From an uncultured bacterium (GTDB lineage: Bacteria > Zixibacteria > MSB-5A5 > UBA10806), in the NCBI GenBank assembly GCA_965541585.1, contig CBEUCH010000002.1, positions 224,001 through 288,000 on the forward strand: a stretch of DNA of 64,000 nucleotides, given 5' to 3'. This document shows, piece after piece, positions 18,828 to 29,357 of this stretch. The notes under the pieces were generated by a model that was not told the origin of the DNA, ran no database searches, and saw only the letters and a program-made list of their open reading frames with translations. Both the position numbers and the translations under genes were made by a program. Position 1 is the first letter of the stretch; every line of letters starts with the position of its first letter.

Positions 18828-19192
18828 GAACAAGAGGTGTAAGAGGGGCAATAGTCGTGAAGGAGAATACACGCGAGGCGATTTTCGAAGCCACCGTGGA
18901 GCTTCTGGAGGAAATACTAAAGAAAAACTCGATTCCCACCGAGGAAATCGCGTCGATATTTTTGACGGCGACCACCGACGTTGATGCGGAATTCCCGGCC
19001 TATGCCGCTCGTCGCATGGGTTTGACCTCGGTTCCTCTCCTATGCGCTCGGGAGATGGAAGTCCCCGGCGCTATGAAAGGCGTTATCAGAGCTTTGATAC
19101 ATTTTAATACCGAGAAAAAACAATCGGAAATTATAAATCGATACCTGGGAGAGGCGCAGAAGCTTCGTCCCGACCAAGGAGTAGAAAATTGA
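18824..19192 (+). CDS. aroH: Chorismate mutase, AroH class
   Basis: RGVRGA, AEFPAYAAR, PLLCAREMEVPG, YLGEAQKLRPD. Confidence 0.93.
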   Translation: MRTRGVRGAIVVKENTREAIFEATVELLEEILKKNSIPTEEIASIFLTATTDVDAEFPAYAARRMGLTSVPLLCAREMEVPGAMKGVIRALIHFNTEKKQSEIINRYLGEAQKLRPDQGVEN

Positions 19193-20205
19193 TGATCGTA
19201 GTAATGGAGAAAAAGGCCACCGCCAGGCAGATTGGGGCGGTGATAACGAAGATCCAATCGCAAGGTTGCCAGGCGCATATCTCGGAGGGGACGGAGAAAA
19301 CCATTATAGGCGTAATGGGCAACGGTTCTGGGCTTGACAAATCAAAATTGCGGATACTGGACGGCGTGGAAGATATTATACCGATTCTCAAGCCGTACAA
19401 GCTGACATCGCGAGAATTCAAGTCGGAGCAGACAGTGGTCACGGTCAATGGCGCGCGAATAGGCGGAACAAAGATAGCAGTAATTGCCGGTCCCTGCGCG
19501 GTTGAATCGTACGAGCAAACGCTGGCGGCTGCGAAGGCGGCAAAGGCCCATGGTGCAGGGTTGATGCGCGGGGGAGCCTTTAAACCTCGCACGTCGCCTT
19601 ATTCATTTCAAGGGAAGGGAAAGGAGGGGCTGGAGATCCTGGCTCAGGTGAAAAGAGAAGTGGGGTTACCCATAGTGACGGAGGTTATTTCCCCGGAAGA
19701 CGTGGAACTTGTGGCGCAATATGTCGATGTCCTTCAGATCGGAGCCAGGAACATGCAGAATTTCGCTCTTCTGGAAGTGGTGGGGAAAAGCGATAAACCC
19801 GCGCTGCTCAAGAGGGGGATGATGTCCACTGTAGAGGAGTTGTTGATGTCGGCGGAATATCTTCTTTCCAACGGCAATCGAAATGTTATTTTGTGCGAGA
19901 GGGGCATCCGGACGTTCGCAAAAATCACCCGGAACACTCCCGATCTCGCGGCCATACCCGTTATAAAGAAACTATCGCACCTCCCGGTAATTTTCGATCC
20001 GTCTCATTCTACAGGTAGAAGAGATCTTATTCTTCCCATGTCGGCGGCAGCGATAGCCTGTGGAGCGGACGGTATAATTGTCGAGATACATCCTGCACCC
20101 GAGGAAGCGCTATGCGACGGCGAACAGAGCCTTACGTTCGATGCATTCGCTGAAATGATGAAATCTCTATCGCGCCTTGCGGGCGCTGTGGAGAGGAGCC
20201 TGTGA
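19189..20205 (+). CDS. aroF: DAHP synthase type I-beta with N-terminal ACT-like regulatory domain
   Basis: MIVVM N-domain; IAGPCAVES, GGAFKPRTSPYSFQG, QIGARNMQNF, CERGIRTF, DPSH. Confidence 0.95.
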   Translation: MMIVVMEKKATARQIGAVITKIQSQGCQAHISEGTEKTIIGVMGNGSGLDKSKLRILDGVEDIIPILKPYKLTSREFKSEQTVVTVNGARIGGTKIAVIAGPCAVESYEQTLAAAKAAKAHGAGLMRGGAFKPRTSPYSFQGKGKEGLEILAQVKREVGLPIVTEVISPEDVELVAQYVDVLQIGARNMQNFALLEVVGKSDKPALLKRGMMSTVEELLMSAEYLLSNGNRNVILCERGIRTFAKITRNTPDLAAIPVIKKLSHLPVIFDPSHSTGRRDLILPMSAAAIACGADGIIVEIHPAPEEALCDGEQSLTFDAFAEMMKSLSRLAGAVERSL

Positions 20206-21068
20206 GCAGACAGCCGGCCCATACCGTCGGAATGCTTGGCCTGGGTCAGATGGGGGGTTCGCTGGCCATGGCTCTGAAATCCAGCAGGCAATCCTGGACC
20301 GTTTCAGGTTACGATATCAAAAGATCGCTTACAAAGCGGGCAAAACAGGATGGGATTATAGATAAGGCAAATGTTTCCGAGGTAGATCTGATCGAGGGAT
20401 CGCAGACGGTCGTCCTGGCATTACCTGTCAATATTATTCTGGAGGTTATGGCACGCCATAAACGTATGCTTTCGACAAAAACGCTGGTTGTGGATCTGGG
20501 AAGCGTGCGCGGTTCCATCCAGAGGGTCTCATCCAGATTGAGAATGAAAAACCATGTCGGTATTCATCCCATTTGCGGCACCGCCCTTAGGGGAGGATCG
20601 GCGTGGAATGGGAGATTATACGAAGGGGCCTCCTGTTTCGTCTTTTCGAATGAGTCGACTAATGCCAGAGCTATAACCTTTGCGAGAAAACTTATAAGGG
20701 CTACAGGCGGCCAGCCTGAGACTATCGATTTTCATAATCATGATCGCGCCTTTGCCGTAACAAGTGGTCTTCCACATATTCTTGCATATTCCTTAATGAA
20801 AGTGAGGACCGGTTCACGATATATCCCGGTTGAATTGGAGGGCCCGAGTTTTGCGGGGGCTACCAGAGTTTCAGCCAGCGACCCTGTAATGGCGGGGCAG
20901 ATGCTGTATCATAATCGTGATAATCTGCTGAAGGCGGTCTCGAGGATTGAAAAGAATATCGTAAGAATCAAAGAACTTCTTTCAAAGGGCGATCTTGAGA
21001 AGCTTATTCTGACGCTGGAGAGTTATGGGAAAACGAGTCGAAGGTCGGTTAAAGCTCCCCGGGGATAA
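20202..21068 (+). CDS. tyrA: Prephenate/arogenate dehydrogenase
   Basis: GLGQMGGS, DLGSV, GIHPICG, HDRAFAVTSGLPH. Confidence 0.88.
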   Translation: MSRQPAHTVGMLGLGQMGGSLAMALKSSRQSWTVSGYDIKRSLTKRAKQDGIIDKANVSEVDLIEGSQTVVLALPVNIILEVMARHKRMLSTKTLVVDLGSVRGSIQRVSSRLRMKNHVGIHPICGTALRGGSAWNGRLYEGASCFVFSNESTNARAITFARKLIRATGGQPETIDFHNHDRAFAVTSGLPHILAYSLMKVRTGSRYIPVELEGPSFAGATRVSASDPVMAGQMLYHNRDNLLKAVSRIEKNIVRIKELLSKGDLEKLILTLESYGKTSRRSVKAPRG

Positions 21069-22290
21069 ATCGATATCGCATCGCGCCCTTATACTGGCGG
21101 CGATATCGGACGGGGAATGCACAATTGAGAACCTGTCGCCGGGTCTGGATACTGAGTCAACGGCAAAATGCCTGAGCGACCTGGGAGTGAAAATGTGCAC
21201 GAAGAATGGAAAGCGCCGGATTTCCGGATTGGGTTTCCGCAATTTCAAAATCCCCGCTGCAATCCTCAACTGTGGTAATTCGGGGACGACTCTCAGGCTT
21301 CTTACAGGTTTACTGGCGGGCTCCAACATTGAGGCCGTTCTCGACGGGGATGAATCTTTAAGGCGCCGTCCGATCAATAGGGTCATAGATCCCTTGAAAA
21401 ATATGGGAGCCGATATCGAAACCACCGATGGCAATGACGGATGCCCCGTAAGAGTTCATGGCATGCAGCTTAAGGGCGTCTCTCAAATATTGAATGTACC
21501 GAGCGCGCAGGTGAAAACGGCCGTCTTGCTCGCGGGGCTTTTAGCCGAAGGAACGACTGAATTGATACAATCCGCAGACACGAGAGACCATACCGAGAGA
21601 ATTCTATCACATCTCGATGTCGATATAAAAACGGATTACGGGATAATAACTCTTAAACCGCCTGAGAACCTCAAACCGTTCGATGTCAGCGTTCCTGCAG
21701 ATCCATCCTCAGCCGCGTTCCCTGTTGTGGCCGCTCTATTGTTGCCTGGTTCCGAATTGACTCTGTATGATCTTTTACTGAATCCAGGTCGCATTGGATA
21801 TATGCGAATATTAGAGTCAATGGGGGCCGATATTGAAGTCGTGAACAAGAATAAACAATATGGTGAGACGGTTGGTGAGATTGTCGTTAAATCTTCATTA
21901 TTAAAAACCATAGACGTGGAGGCAGGCGAGGCACCATCATATATAGATGAAGCCCCGATCCTGGCTCTGGCAGCAAGCCAGGCGGCGGGACAAAGTGTAT
22001 TTCGGGGACTTTCCGAGTTGAGAGTTAAGGAATCGGACAGGTTAACGAATATTATGAGAATCATCAACATTATGGGAGGAAAAGCGTCAATCAACGAAGA
22101 CGACCTGGTTATAGAAGGTCCGTCGAGGTTGAAATATTACGATGGAGATTGTTATGGAGATCACAGGCTGGCAATGATGATTGAGACAGGTAACATTATT
22201 TCGTCCGGAGCAATGAGCGAGAAATATGGCGACGTGGCGGAGGTTTCATTCAAAGGTTTCTATGATACTATGAAGGGAGCGCTGATTTAA
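21025..22290 (+). CDS. aroA: EPSP synthase
   Basis: PGDKSISHR, CGNSGTTLR, SAQVK, RDHTER, LRVKESDR, DHRLAM. Confidence 0.96.
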   Translation: MGKRVEGRLKLPGDKSISHRALILAAISDGECTIENLSPGLDTESTAKCLSDLGVKMCTKNGKRRISGLGFRNFKIPAAILNCGNSGTTLRLLTGLLAGSNIEAVLDGDESLRRRPINRVIDPLKNMGADIETTDGNDGCPVRVHGMQLKGVSQILNVPSAQVKTAVLLAGLLAEGTTELIQSADTRDHTERILSHLDVDIKTDYGIITLKPPENLKPFDVSVPADPSSAAFPVVAALLLPGSELTLYDLLLNPGRIGYMRILESMGADIEVVNKNKQYGETVGEIVVKSSLLKTIDVEAGEAPSYIDEAPILALAASQAAGQSVFRGLSELRVKESDRLTNIMRIINIMGGKASINEDDLVIEGPSRLKYYDGDCYGDHRLAMMIETGNIISSGAMSEKYGDVAEVSFKGFYDTMKGALI

Positions 22291-23088
22291 ATGAAACCGC
22301 CCCGATTATATGGCCTTCTGGGGCATAATATATCGTATTCGCTGTCGCCGTATATGTTCAATACCATATTTAGGAAGCGGGGGATGAACAGTCTGTATAT
22401 GCCTTTTGATATAAAGCGAAACCATCTCCGGAAATTTACCGAGTCCGTGAGATTACTGGGAATCTCGGGTTTCAATGTAACGATTCCGCATAAGCTACAA
22501 GTAGCCAGATATCTCGATGACCTCGATAATTCCGCAAAGTCGGTTGGTGCGGTTAATCTCGTTATCTTTAGGAAAGGCAAACTTGTAGGATATAACGTTG
22601 ATCTGCATGGAATAAAAGGGACAGTAGAGAACCATCTGAAATTTCCGCTTAATAATCGTCGGGTGGTCTTGATCGGGGCCGGAGGTGCGGCGAGAGCTGT
22701 CATCGAATACCTTCGTAAGTCAAAACCGGGATCGGTCATTCTGACGAATAGAACGATAAAACGAGCAAGAGAGCTGCAGGATATATCGCGGGTACCAATT
22801 GCAAAGATCGTGCGTCTTGAAAAACTGAGCCGATGCATTGAAGATCTCGGTGTCGATATAGTCATAAATGCCACACCTGTGTCGACGCCCTCTATTTTGA
22901 AAAGTATCCCTTCCGGATTGAGGATATTCGACATGTCTTACAAACCGTCTGAATTTCCATACGGAAAGAGCCGTATCCGTTGCGACGGTAAATATATGCT
23001 GGCGGCTCAGGCGGCTCGCAGTTTTTCAATACTCTGTGGGGTAAAGATACCGGCTGATGAAATGTTCAAATTAATCAGGGGGAAATGA
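22291..23088 (+). CDS. aroE: Shikimate dehydrogenase
   Basis: SLSP, GFNVTIPHK, GAVN, GAGGAARA, NRT, INATPV. Confidence 0.93.
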   Translation: MKPPRLYGLLGHNISYSLSPYMFNTIFRKRGMNSLYMPFDIKRNHLRKFTESVRLLGISGFNVTIPHKLQVARYLDDLDNSAKSVGAVNLVIFRKGKLVGYNVDLHGIKGTVENHLKFPLNNRRVVLIGAGGAARAVIEYLRKSKPGSVILTNRTIKRARELQDISRVPIAKIVRLEKLSRCIEDLGVDIVINATPVSTPSILKSIPSGLRIFDMSYKPSEFPYGKSRIRCDGKYMLAAQAARSFSILCGVKIPADEMFKLIRGK

Positions 23089-23089
23089 A

Positions 23090-24220
23090 TTGCGTTATCT
23101 TAGTTCCGGTGAATCTCACGGGCCTGCGTTGACCGTAATTATCGAAGGTCTACCGGCGGGCATCAAGATAGATCGGCGTCTGATTACAAAGGCGCTCAGT
23201 AACAGGCAAAAGGGATTTGGGCGGGGAGACAGGATGAAAATCGAATCCGACAGGCCCGAGTTCCTCTCCGGATTGATGCGCGGGAAAACAACAGGCAGTC
23301 CGCTTACTATTATGATACGCAATCGCGATTGGGATAACTGGAAAGATAGAAAACACCCTAAAAAGACGGTTCCCAGGCCCGGTCATGCAGACCTCACGGG
23401 TATGTTAAAATACGATACCGATGATATTCAGATGATAATCGAGAGAGCGTCGGCGAGGGAGACGGCTGCAAAAGTGGCGGCAGGAAGCATCGCGAAAATT
23501 TATCTTCAAAGTTTTGGCATTAAAATAATTGGCCATACTGTTGGGTTGGGAGGAGTTTTCGTCGATGATGTCCCGGACGACTACGATCGAATAAAGGCAT
23601 TGGTTGAGAAATCGGATCTCCGATGTGCAGATAGAAACTCGGCTGCCGAGATGAAGAAAAGAATTAAGAAGGCTATGGATAAAGGAGACACGGTAGGGGG
23701 GGCGGTAGAGGTCAGGGTATTCGCAGTCCCGCCGGGGATAGGAAGCTACGTGCAGTGGGATCGTCGTCTTGACGGGCGTCTGGCACAGGCCTTGATGTCA
23801 ATACCCTCTGTTAAGGCTGTCGAGCTGGGGGAGGGGTTTGCCAATGCAGCGCGCCCGGGAAGCGACGTTCATGACCCTGTATATTACTCGTCGAAGACCG
23901 GATATTTCCGCAAGAGTAACCGCGCCGGCGGGATCGAGGGGGGAATGTCTAACGGGGAGACGATTCTCGTCAGGGCCTACTTAAAGCCGATATCGACCTT
24001 GCGCAATCCGCTTGATTCCGTTGATACAAAGAATCACAGGGCGGTAAAAGCACCTTATGTCAGATCGGATACGGCCGTTATACCGGCGGCGAGCGTAGTG
24101 GCCGAGGCGGCGACAGCCTGGACTATCGCGACCTGCTTTGCTGAAAAGTTTGGCGGCGATTCTATCGAAGAATCGCTGAGAAACTACAAAGGTTACCTCA
24201 AACAGATTAAAAAACGATGA
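23090..24220 (+). CDS. aroC: Chorismate synthase
   Basis: GESHG, PRPGHAD, ERASARETA, NRAGGIEGGMSNG, KPISTL. Confidence 0.97.
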   Translation: MRYLSSGESHGPALTVIIEGLPAGIKIDRRLITKALSNRQKGFGRGDRMKIESDRPEFLSGLMRGKTTGSPLTIMIRNRDWDNWKDRKHPKKTVPRPGHADLTGMLKYDTDDIQMIIERASARETAAKVAAGSIAKIYLQSFGIKIIGHTVGLGGVFVDDVPDDYDRIKALVEKSDLRCADRNSAAEMKKRIKKAMDKGDTVGGAVEVRVFAVPPGIGSYVQWDRRLDGRLAQALMSIPSVKAVELGEGFANAARPGSDVHDPVYYSSKTGYFRKSNRAGGIEGGMSNGETILVRAYLKPISTLRNPLDSVDTKNHRAVKAPYVRSDTAVIPAASVVAEAATAWTIATCFAEKFGGDSIEESLRNYKGYLKQIKKR

Positions 24221-24732
24221 ACGATAAAAGGAACATAATCATATGCGGCTTTATGGGCACCGGTAAGAGCGTGGTCGGAAAGGCCGTTTCATTAGCTCTC
24301 GGTTTTGATTTTGTGGATACCGATAGTCTCGTTGAGAACAGGTGCGGAAAGACCATTGCAGAAATATTCCATGACGATGGAGAGGAATACTTTCGAGATC
24401 GGGAGAAGGAGATTCTATCTCATTTGCCGGTGCACAATACTGTCATAGCTGCAGGGGGAGGGATGATTATCGATCGGGGAAATTACAGACGGCTTTCAGG
24501 ATTGGGCCTGATGATACTTCTAACGGCGTCGGTGGATACCATATGCAAAAGGATTGGGAATAATGGTTCCCGACCGCTGCTATCCGGCGAAAACTTGAAT
24601 GAAAAGGTGCAGGGTTTACTTTCTCTCAGGCAGCCTGTTTATGACAGAATTGAATATAGGGTTAATACCGATCGAATGAATGTTGCCGATGTTTGCGACG
24701 CCGTGACAAAAATATATCGGGAAAACGCATGA
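24217..24732 (+). CDS. aroK: Shikimate kinase
   Basis: GFMGTGKS P-loop, DTD, GEEYFRDRE, GGG, RPLL. Confidence 0.95.
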   Translation: MNDKRNIIICGFMGTGKSVVGKAVSLALGFDFVDTDSLVENRCGKTIAEIFHDDGEEYFRDREKEILSHLPVHNTVIAAGGGMIIDRGNYRRLSGLGLMILLTASVDTICKRIGNNGSRPLLSGENLNEKVQGLLSLRQPVYDRIEYRVNTDRMNVADVCDAVTKIYRENA

Positions 24733-25805
24733 AAACAGAAATAACTGATTCTGATATAATGGTTGGCAGGGACCTGTTCAGCAGCTTGAAGGATATTATT
24801 GACTTCACTTCTTATTCATCATCTTTCTTGCTCACGGACAACAATATATTTACGGTGTATTCTGATAAGATAGGGAGGATCTTCGGCGAGGAAATGGAAA
24901 GCGGAAGATATTTATCCCTTCCCGCTGGTGAAAAAAGTAAAACGCTACAATTTGTGGGCCGGATAGGTGAGAAGATGCTGTTGTCGGGATTGGATAGGCG
25001 TTCGGTTCTTATAGCTCTGGGCGGCGGTGTGATCACTGATATCGGAGGGCTGGCTGCATCGATGTACATGCGGGGTATTGATTTCGTAAACATACCGACC
25101 ACGCTTGTAGGTCAAATCGACGCTTCCCTGGGTGGGAAATGCGGAGTTAATCTAAAATCCGCCAAGAACATCATGGGGCTGTTCTCTCTGCCCCGGAAAA
25201 TTATTATCGATCCCGGCTTTCTGGATACCTTAACGAGTCAGCAGATATGTGATGGCATGGTGGAGCTTCTGAAGATCGCCGCTGTGGCTGATTCCGATCT
25301 GTTCAGCAGGCTGGAATCTATTCAGTGCGATCTTGAGGGCGTGAATGATTCTATAAAGCTGGAGTTGATAGAAAGAGCCGCCCGATTGAAACTAACTGTT
25401 GTCGACAAGGATTTTCGGGAGAACGGTTACCGGATGGTCCTCAATTTCGGGCATACTACGGGACACGCGATGGAGGCGTGCGCCGGATACGGAAAATTCA
25501 GCCATGGCCAGGCCGTAGGCGTCGGAATTTTAGTGGCGGCCGAGCTATCCGATATCATCTGCCGGTTCAACGCCGGGGATAAAGGGAGATTGAAGAATGC
25601 GGTGAAATCGCTTCTGGAAAAGACGAACATCCCGGGTATTGGTGGCGGCGAGTTGTGGGATAGGATCCAATATGATAAGAAGAAGGACTTGGGAGACGTC
25701 AAATTCACGCTTCTGGAAGACCTGGGAAAGCCGCAAATTAAGACTGTGTCAAGGGATCAATTCTTGGCTGCCTATGATACAGTTTGTAAGGAGCTTTCAA
25801 GATGA
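24729..25805 (+). CDS. aroB: 3-dehydroquinate synthase
   Basis: GEKSK, ALGGGVITD, PTTL, DASLGGK, LNFGHTTGH, HGQAV. Start at ATG 24729 (ATGA overlap). Confidence 0.95.
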   Translation: MKTEITDSDIMVGRDLFSSLKDIIDFTSYSSSFLLTDNNIFTVYSDKIGRIFGEEMESGRYLSLPAGEKSKTLQFVGRIGEKMLLSGLDRRSVLIALGGGVITDIGGLAASMYMRGIDFVNIPTTLVGQIDASLGGKCGVNLKSAKNIMGLFSLPRKIIIDPGFLDTLTSQQICDGMVELLKIAAVADSDLFSRLESIQCDLEGVNDSIKLELIERAARLKLTVVDKDFRENGYRMVLNFGHTTGHAMEACAGYGKFSHGQAVGVGILVAAELSDIICRFNAGDKGRLKNAVKSLLEKTNIPGIGGGELWDRIQYDKKKDLGDVKFTLLEDLGKPQIKTVSRDQFLAAYDTVCKELSR

Positions 25806-26242
25806 AAAAAGTCTTCGTTATTCACGGACCGAACCTCAATTTACTGGGAAAAAGGGAACCCGATATCTATGGCGGCTCAACGCTTGATGAAATAAACGAG
25901 CGCATATCCCGAGAGGCGAAAAGAATCGGGATCGAATGCGAGTTTTTCCAGAGCAATATAGAGGGGGAACTGGTTGATATCGTCCAGAAGGCAGGGGAGA
26001 AGGCTGACGGCATCATAATAAATCCTGCCGGCTATAGTCATACGTCGGTGGCGCTGCTCGACGCTCTTAAGGCTGTCGATATTCCCAGAGTCGAGGTTCA
26101 TCTTTCGAACATCTTCGCGCGCGAAGAGTTTCGACGCACCTCGTTGACGGCATCCGGGTGCACCGGATCGATATCCGGCTTGGGAGTTGAAGGCTATCTG
26201 CTGGCCCTGCGTTATATTTCAGTCCTTTTGGATCGCGACTGA
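25802..26242 (+). CDS. aroQ: Type II 3-dehydroquinate dehydratase
   Basis: HGPNLNLLGKREPDIYG, QSN.EG, INPAGYSHTS, EVHLSN. Confidence 0.97.
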   Translation: MKKVFVIHGPNLNLLGKREPDIYGGSTLDEINERISREAKRIGIECEFFQSNIEGELVDIVQKAGEKADGIIINPAGYSHTSVALLDALKAVDIPRVEVHLSNIFAREEFRRTSLTASGCTGSISGLGVEGYLLALRYISVLLDRD

Positions 26243-26631
26243 AAGCTGGATGCTGAAATAGCCGGATAATTCAATTCTGTAATCAATATTAATTCTCATT
26301 TTTCTCCAGCATCTAAAGCCTAGAAACGGTTTTGGCCGGCATGCAAGCGTCGGAAAATAAGATCCCGATAAAATGTCCTTGACATGCCCCGACGAGCACG
26401 TCTTTTTATATGCGAAGTTTCCCATCCCCCCGGGAATGTTTTTGAAATACCGGCCTTTAGCGGGCTGGATATTAAGACCGGTCCCATGAGGTGCCTTTGA
26501 TGATGGTGAGGACACTACAAAGGCAAGGACAGAAAAGTGTTTATTGATTCTCGGTTTGGACCGTCCCAGAGTTTGGTCGACGGACAGCGAATCAAATTTC
26601 AATTCTTTTATTCGTTGAGGAGGAGAATAAA

Positions 26632-29172
26632 ATGTTCAGATTATTTGTGATTCTATTGTTCCTATCGAATTCGGTTCTGGCAAATGTTGTATTTGCCGAT
26701 CCTGTCAGGGAGCGAGATGAATTAGATTCTCTCACCGTTTTGAAGGTTTTGAAGTCAGAACAACTGGTAGGACTGCAAGCAGATAAAATTGTTGATCTTC
26801 TTTGTGACTTAAGCACTTCCTTTTCCCATCAAGCGCCATCGATTGACACGCCGGACAGGTTTTCACTTGTGATTCTGCACACAAACGATCGATTGGGCTA
26901 CCTCACGAACCTTTTCGATACCAGTGACTCACTTGTTCACAGGCCTATCATTATTGCCCACTTAGCGCAGAAAATCAGAGAATGCTTTCAAAAAGACTCA
27001 ACGGTAAAAGTTTTGCTATTGGATGCCGGAAACGCCATTGGTCCAAACCCACTTTCCGCTGATACTGCAGCACCAGGTGCCGGCACGAGAGCTATAAAAT
27101 CTCTTGAATGGGCAGGTTACGATGCAATGGCAATGGCGGTCCATGAGTTCGACTATGAAAATTTTCCATGGCTGACAAAGATAGAATCAAAACTTTCCGT
27201 GCTCTCGGCAAACGTTCATATCACGGAAGCCCCGCTAAAAGATCGTGCTGTTTCCCTGAAACCCAGCAAGACAATCACTCTGGATGGTATTTCTGATGGA
27301 AAAATTGTCATCGTTGGAGTCACAAGCTCGGATACAACAAATATCCTTGAGAGTCGTAGAAAGGGTTTGAAATTCACCAACCCGCTTAAAGCTTTGGAAG
27401 GATTGTTAAGTTCTCTAAAGAATAAGAACCCAAAACCAGTAGTCATAGTCCTGGGGAAATTAGATCATACGACAGAATCAAGATTGGCAAACGAATTTCC
27501 CGGTGTCCATGTAATCGTAGGTGGAGTAGGTCATAACGAGGGAAAATCTCCCGATCGTATGGAAGGACAGAGCTTCCTTATGGATGGCACGCCAATACTG
27601 TCTGCAAAGCCGTATTGCCTTTCTCTGGGCTTTTGCCATCTGACTTTCGAGAAATCTGCGACCAGTAATTCGGACTCGGTTTTTAAGATAACCAGAGGAT
27701 TTTTTGCATCCATACCGATAGTAGAAGACATGGTAGACACAGCTTCTCTTGATCCACAACTAAAAGAGGCGAATCATTACCTTAATGAGCGGACCCAAGA
27801 TCTTCTAGGAGAAAAAAGAAACCCGAAGGCCCCCGTAGCAACAGATACAATAAGGGAAGCTGGAGTCGTGGCTGAAATTATCAGACGGAGAATAAGGGCA
27901 CAGGTGTCATTGTTGAACAAAGACGCGCTGGACTTGACTGTTCCCTGGAAGAGTCGAGGAAAAACAAAAACCTATTTAATACGGGAAGGAGATAAGATTA
28001 CACCGGCTCATCTGGAAGTAATGTTTCCTTATCCGGACAAACTTATTACCCTTATGCTCTCCGGGGAAAATTTAAAAGCGGTTCTGGACAGATCTCAACA
28101 AAATGAGAAATCGCCGGCGGAACTGGTTTATGCCGGCGTAGAATGGGACAAAAGCAAAGCAACGTGGCTGGTGAATGACAGGCCGTTGAAAGATGATGAG
28201 ACCTACAAGGTGGTGACAAACAATTTCTTAGCCAGCGAAGGAGCGGGATACTCCCAGTTGAGGTCGGAGGATTTGGAGGGACCGGACGTGCGAAAAGAAG
28301 TAGAACTGTTTCTAAGCGATGAGGCTGATTACCCGCGATATGATTCAAAACGTTCTTTCGAGGAAGGATTCCTCAAAATCAATTATACTTTTGCGGGCAG
28401 CTTTTTGAGGAACCAGAGCTGGAATCATAATAGTTATACAGGCACAGTTCTTCCCTGGAAACCAGAGTATCAACTAACCTTTAAAGAATATATGCTCAGG
28501 GGGGATTTTAAAGCCACCTATGTCAAGGGCAAGAGCGATATTTCTCTGTCAATTACCGATTTTGACTACGATACCAGAATCCTGGCTGACAGTACCGATG
28601 TCAGAAGAGATGAGGCCACTCTAATATTAAAGTACGAACGCACGCGGGAATTAGGACTCGGTTCTGTGTTAATATCCCCATACACCGCTTACCAATATAT
28701 TCCTGATCTATCCGAGCTTTTTCGCAAACGAGCCTTTTTTGGCGATAATAGGATAGAGATTGGCGCATTCTTTTTCGATGATAAGGAGTGCTTAAAGGTC
28801 AAAGCAGCACCCCTGACGTTTCGATTGAACAAGGATACGACACCTTCGCCCTGGCAATATGGTTTTCTTATAGGACTTAATGTAAAGGAGAAACTACCGG
28901 AACCTCTGACGAAACTGATTCCTATCTTAACGTTAGAAGATACTAAGATTAACGTAGGCATAGAATTTTTCTGGTATTCTATTAAGGGGGGATTTATCAT
29001 ACAATCTGCGGACAAAGGAATAAGTATTCGTACTCCCCTTATATCGTCGATCCATCTTGACATGGGTTTTGATCTGCGTTTCTATTATAGCCGGGCGGTT
29101 GGTAAATGGAGCTACAATATCAGACCAACCCTTGAGATTAAATATGAGGGAATATCAAGAATCTTTAAGTAA
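26632..29172 (+). CDS. Secreted 5'-nucleotidase-like protein (metallophosphoesterase + 5'-NT C-domain) with degenerate metal ligands and an extra C-terminal beta-rich domain
   Basis: GAGGAGG RBS; signal peptide; ILHTND, LLDAG, HEFD, LSANV, FPY, YKVVTNNFLA..G.GY. Confidence 0.72.
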   Translation: MFRLFVILLFLSNSVLANVVFADPVRERDELDSLTVLKVLKSEQLVGLQADKIVDLLCDLSTSFSHQAPSIDTPDRFSLVILHTNDRLGYLTNLFDTSDSLVHRPIIIAHLAQKIRECFQKDSTVKVLLLDAGNAIGPNPLSADTAAPGAGTRAIKSLEWAGYDAMAMAVHEFDYENFPWLTKIESKLSVLSANVHITEAPLKDRAVSLKPSKTITLDGISDGKIVIVGVTSSDTTNILESRRKGLKFTNPLKALEGLLSSLKNKNPKPVVIVLGKLDHTTESRLANEFPGVHVIVGGVGHNEGKSPDRMEGQSFLMDGTPILSAKPYCLSLGFCHLTFEKSATSNSDSVFKITRGFFASIPIVEDMVDTASLDPQLKEANHYLNERTQDLLGEKRNPKAPVATDTIREAGVVAEIIRRRIRAQVSLLNKDALDLTVPWKSRGKTKTYLIREGDKITPAHLEVMFPYPDKLITLMLSGENLKAVLDRSQQNEKSPAELVYAGVEWDKSKATWLVNDRPLKDDETYKVVTNNFLASEGAGYSQLRSEDLEGPDVRKEVELFLSDEADYPRYDSKRSFEEGFLKINYTFAGSFLRNQSWNHNSYTGTVLPWKPEYQLTFKEYMLRGDFKATYVKGKSDISLSITDFDYDTRILADSTDVRRDEATLILKYERTRELGLGSVLISPYTAYQYIPDLSELFRKRAFFGDNRIEIGAFFFDDKECLKVKAAPLTFRLNKDTTPSPWQYGFLIGLNVKEKLPEPLTKLIPILTLEDTKINVGIEFFWYSIKGGFIIQSADKGISIRTPLISSIHLDMGFDLRFYYSRAVGKWSYNIRPTLEIKYEGISRIFK

Positions 29173-29357
29173 GGTTGTGAGCCGCCTGTTCGACTCTTGA
29201 TGAGATTGGACAGATAAGAAGGATAAATTGGGATACGGATTTTAGTTAGGTTTCTAACGATGCTATCAATCCCAGATTACCTTTGAAAAATAGGACCAAC
29301 CTAATGGCTCAGGCAAGACTTTGTATGTATAAAGCCAGGCGGTTATGTTGTTTTTAC

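Noticed and set aside
26219..26602. 127-aa minus-strand ORF after aroQ
   Set aside because: No RBS or recognisable protein features; likely intergenic.
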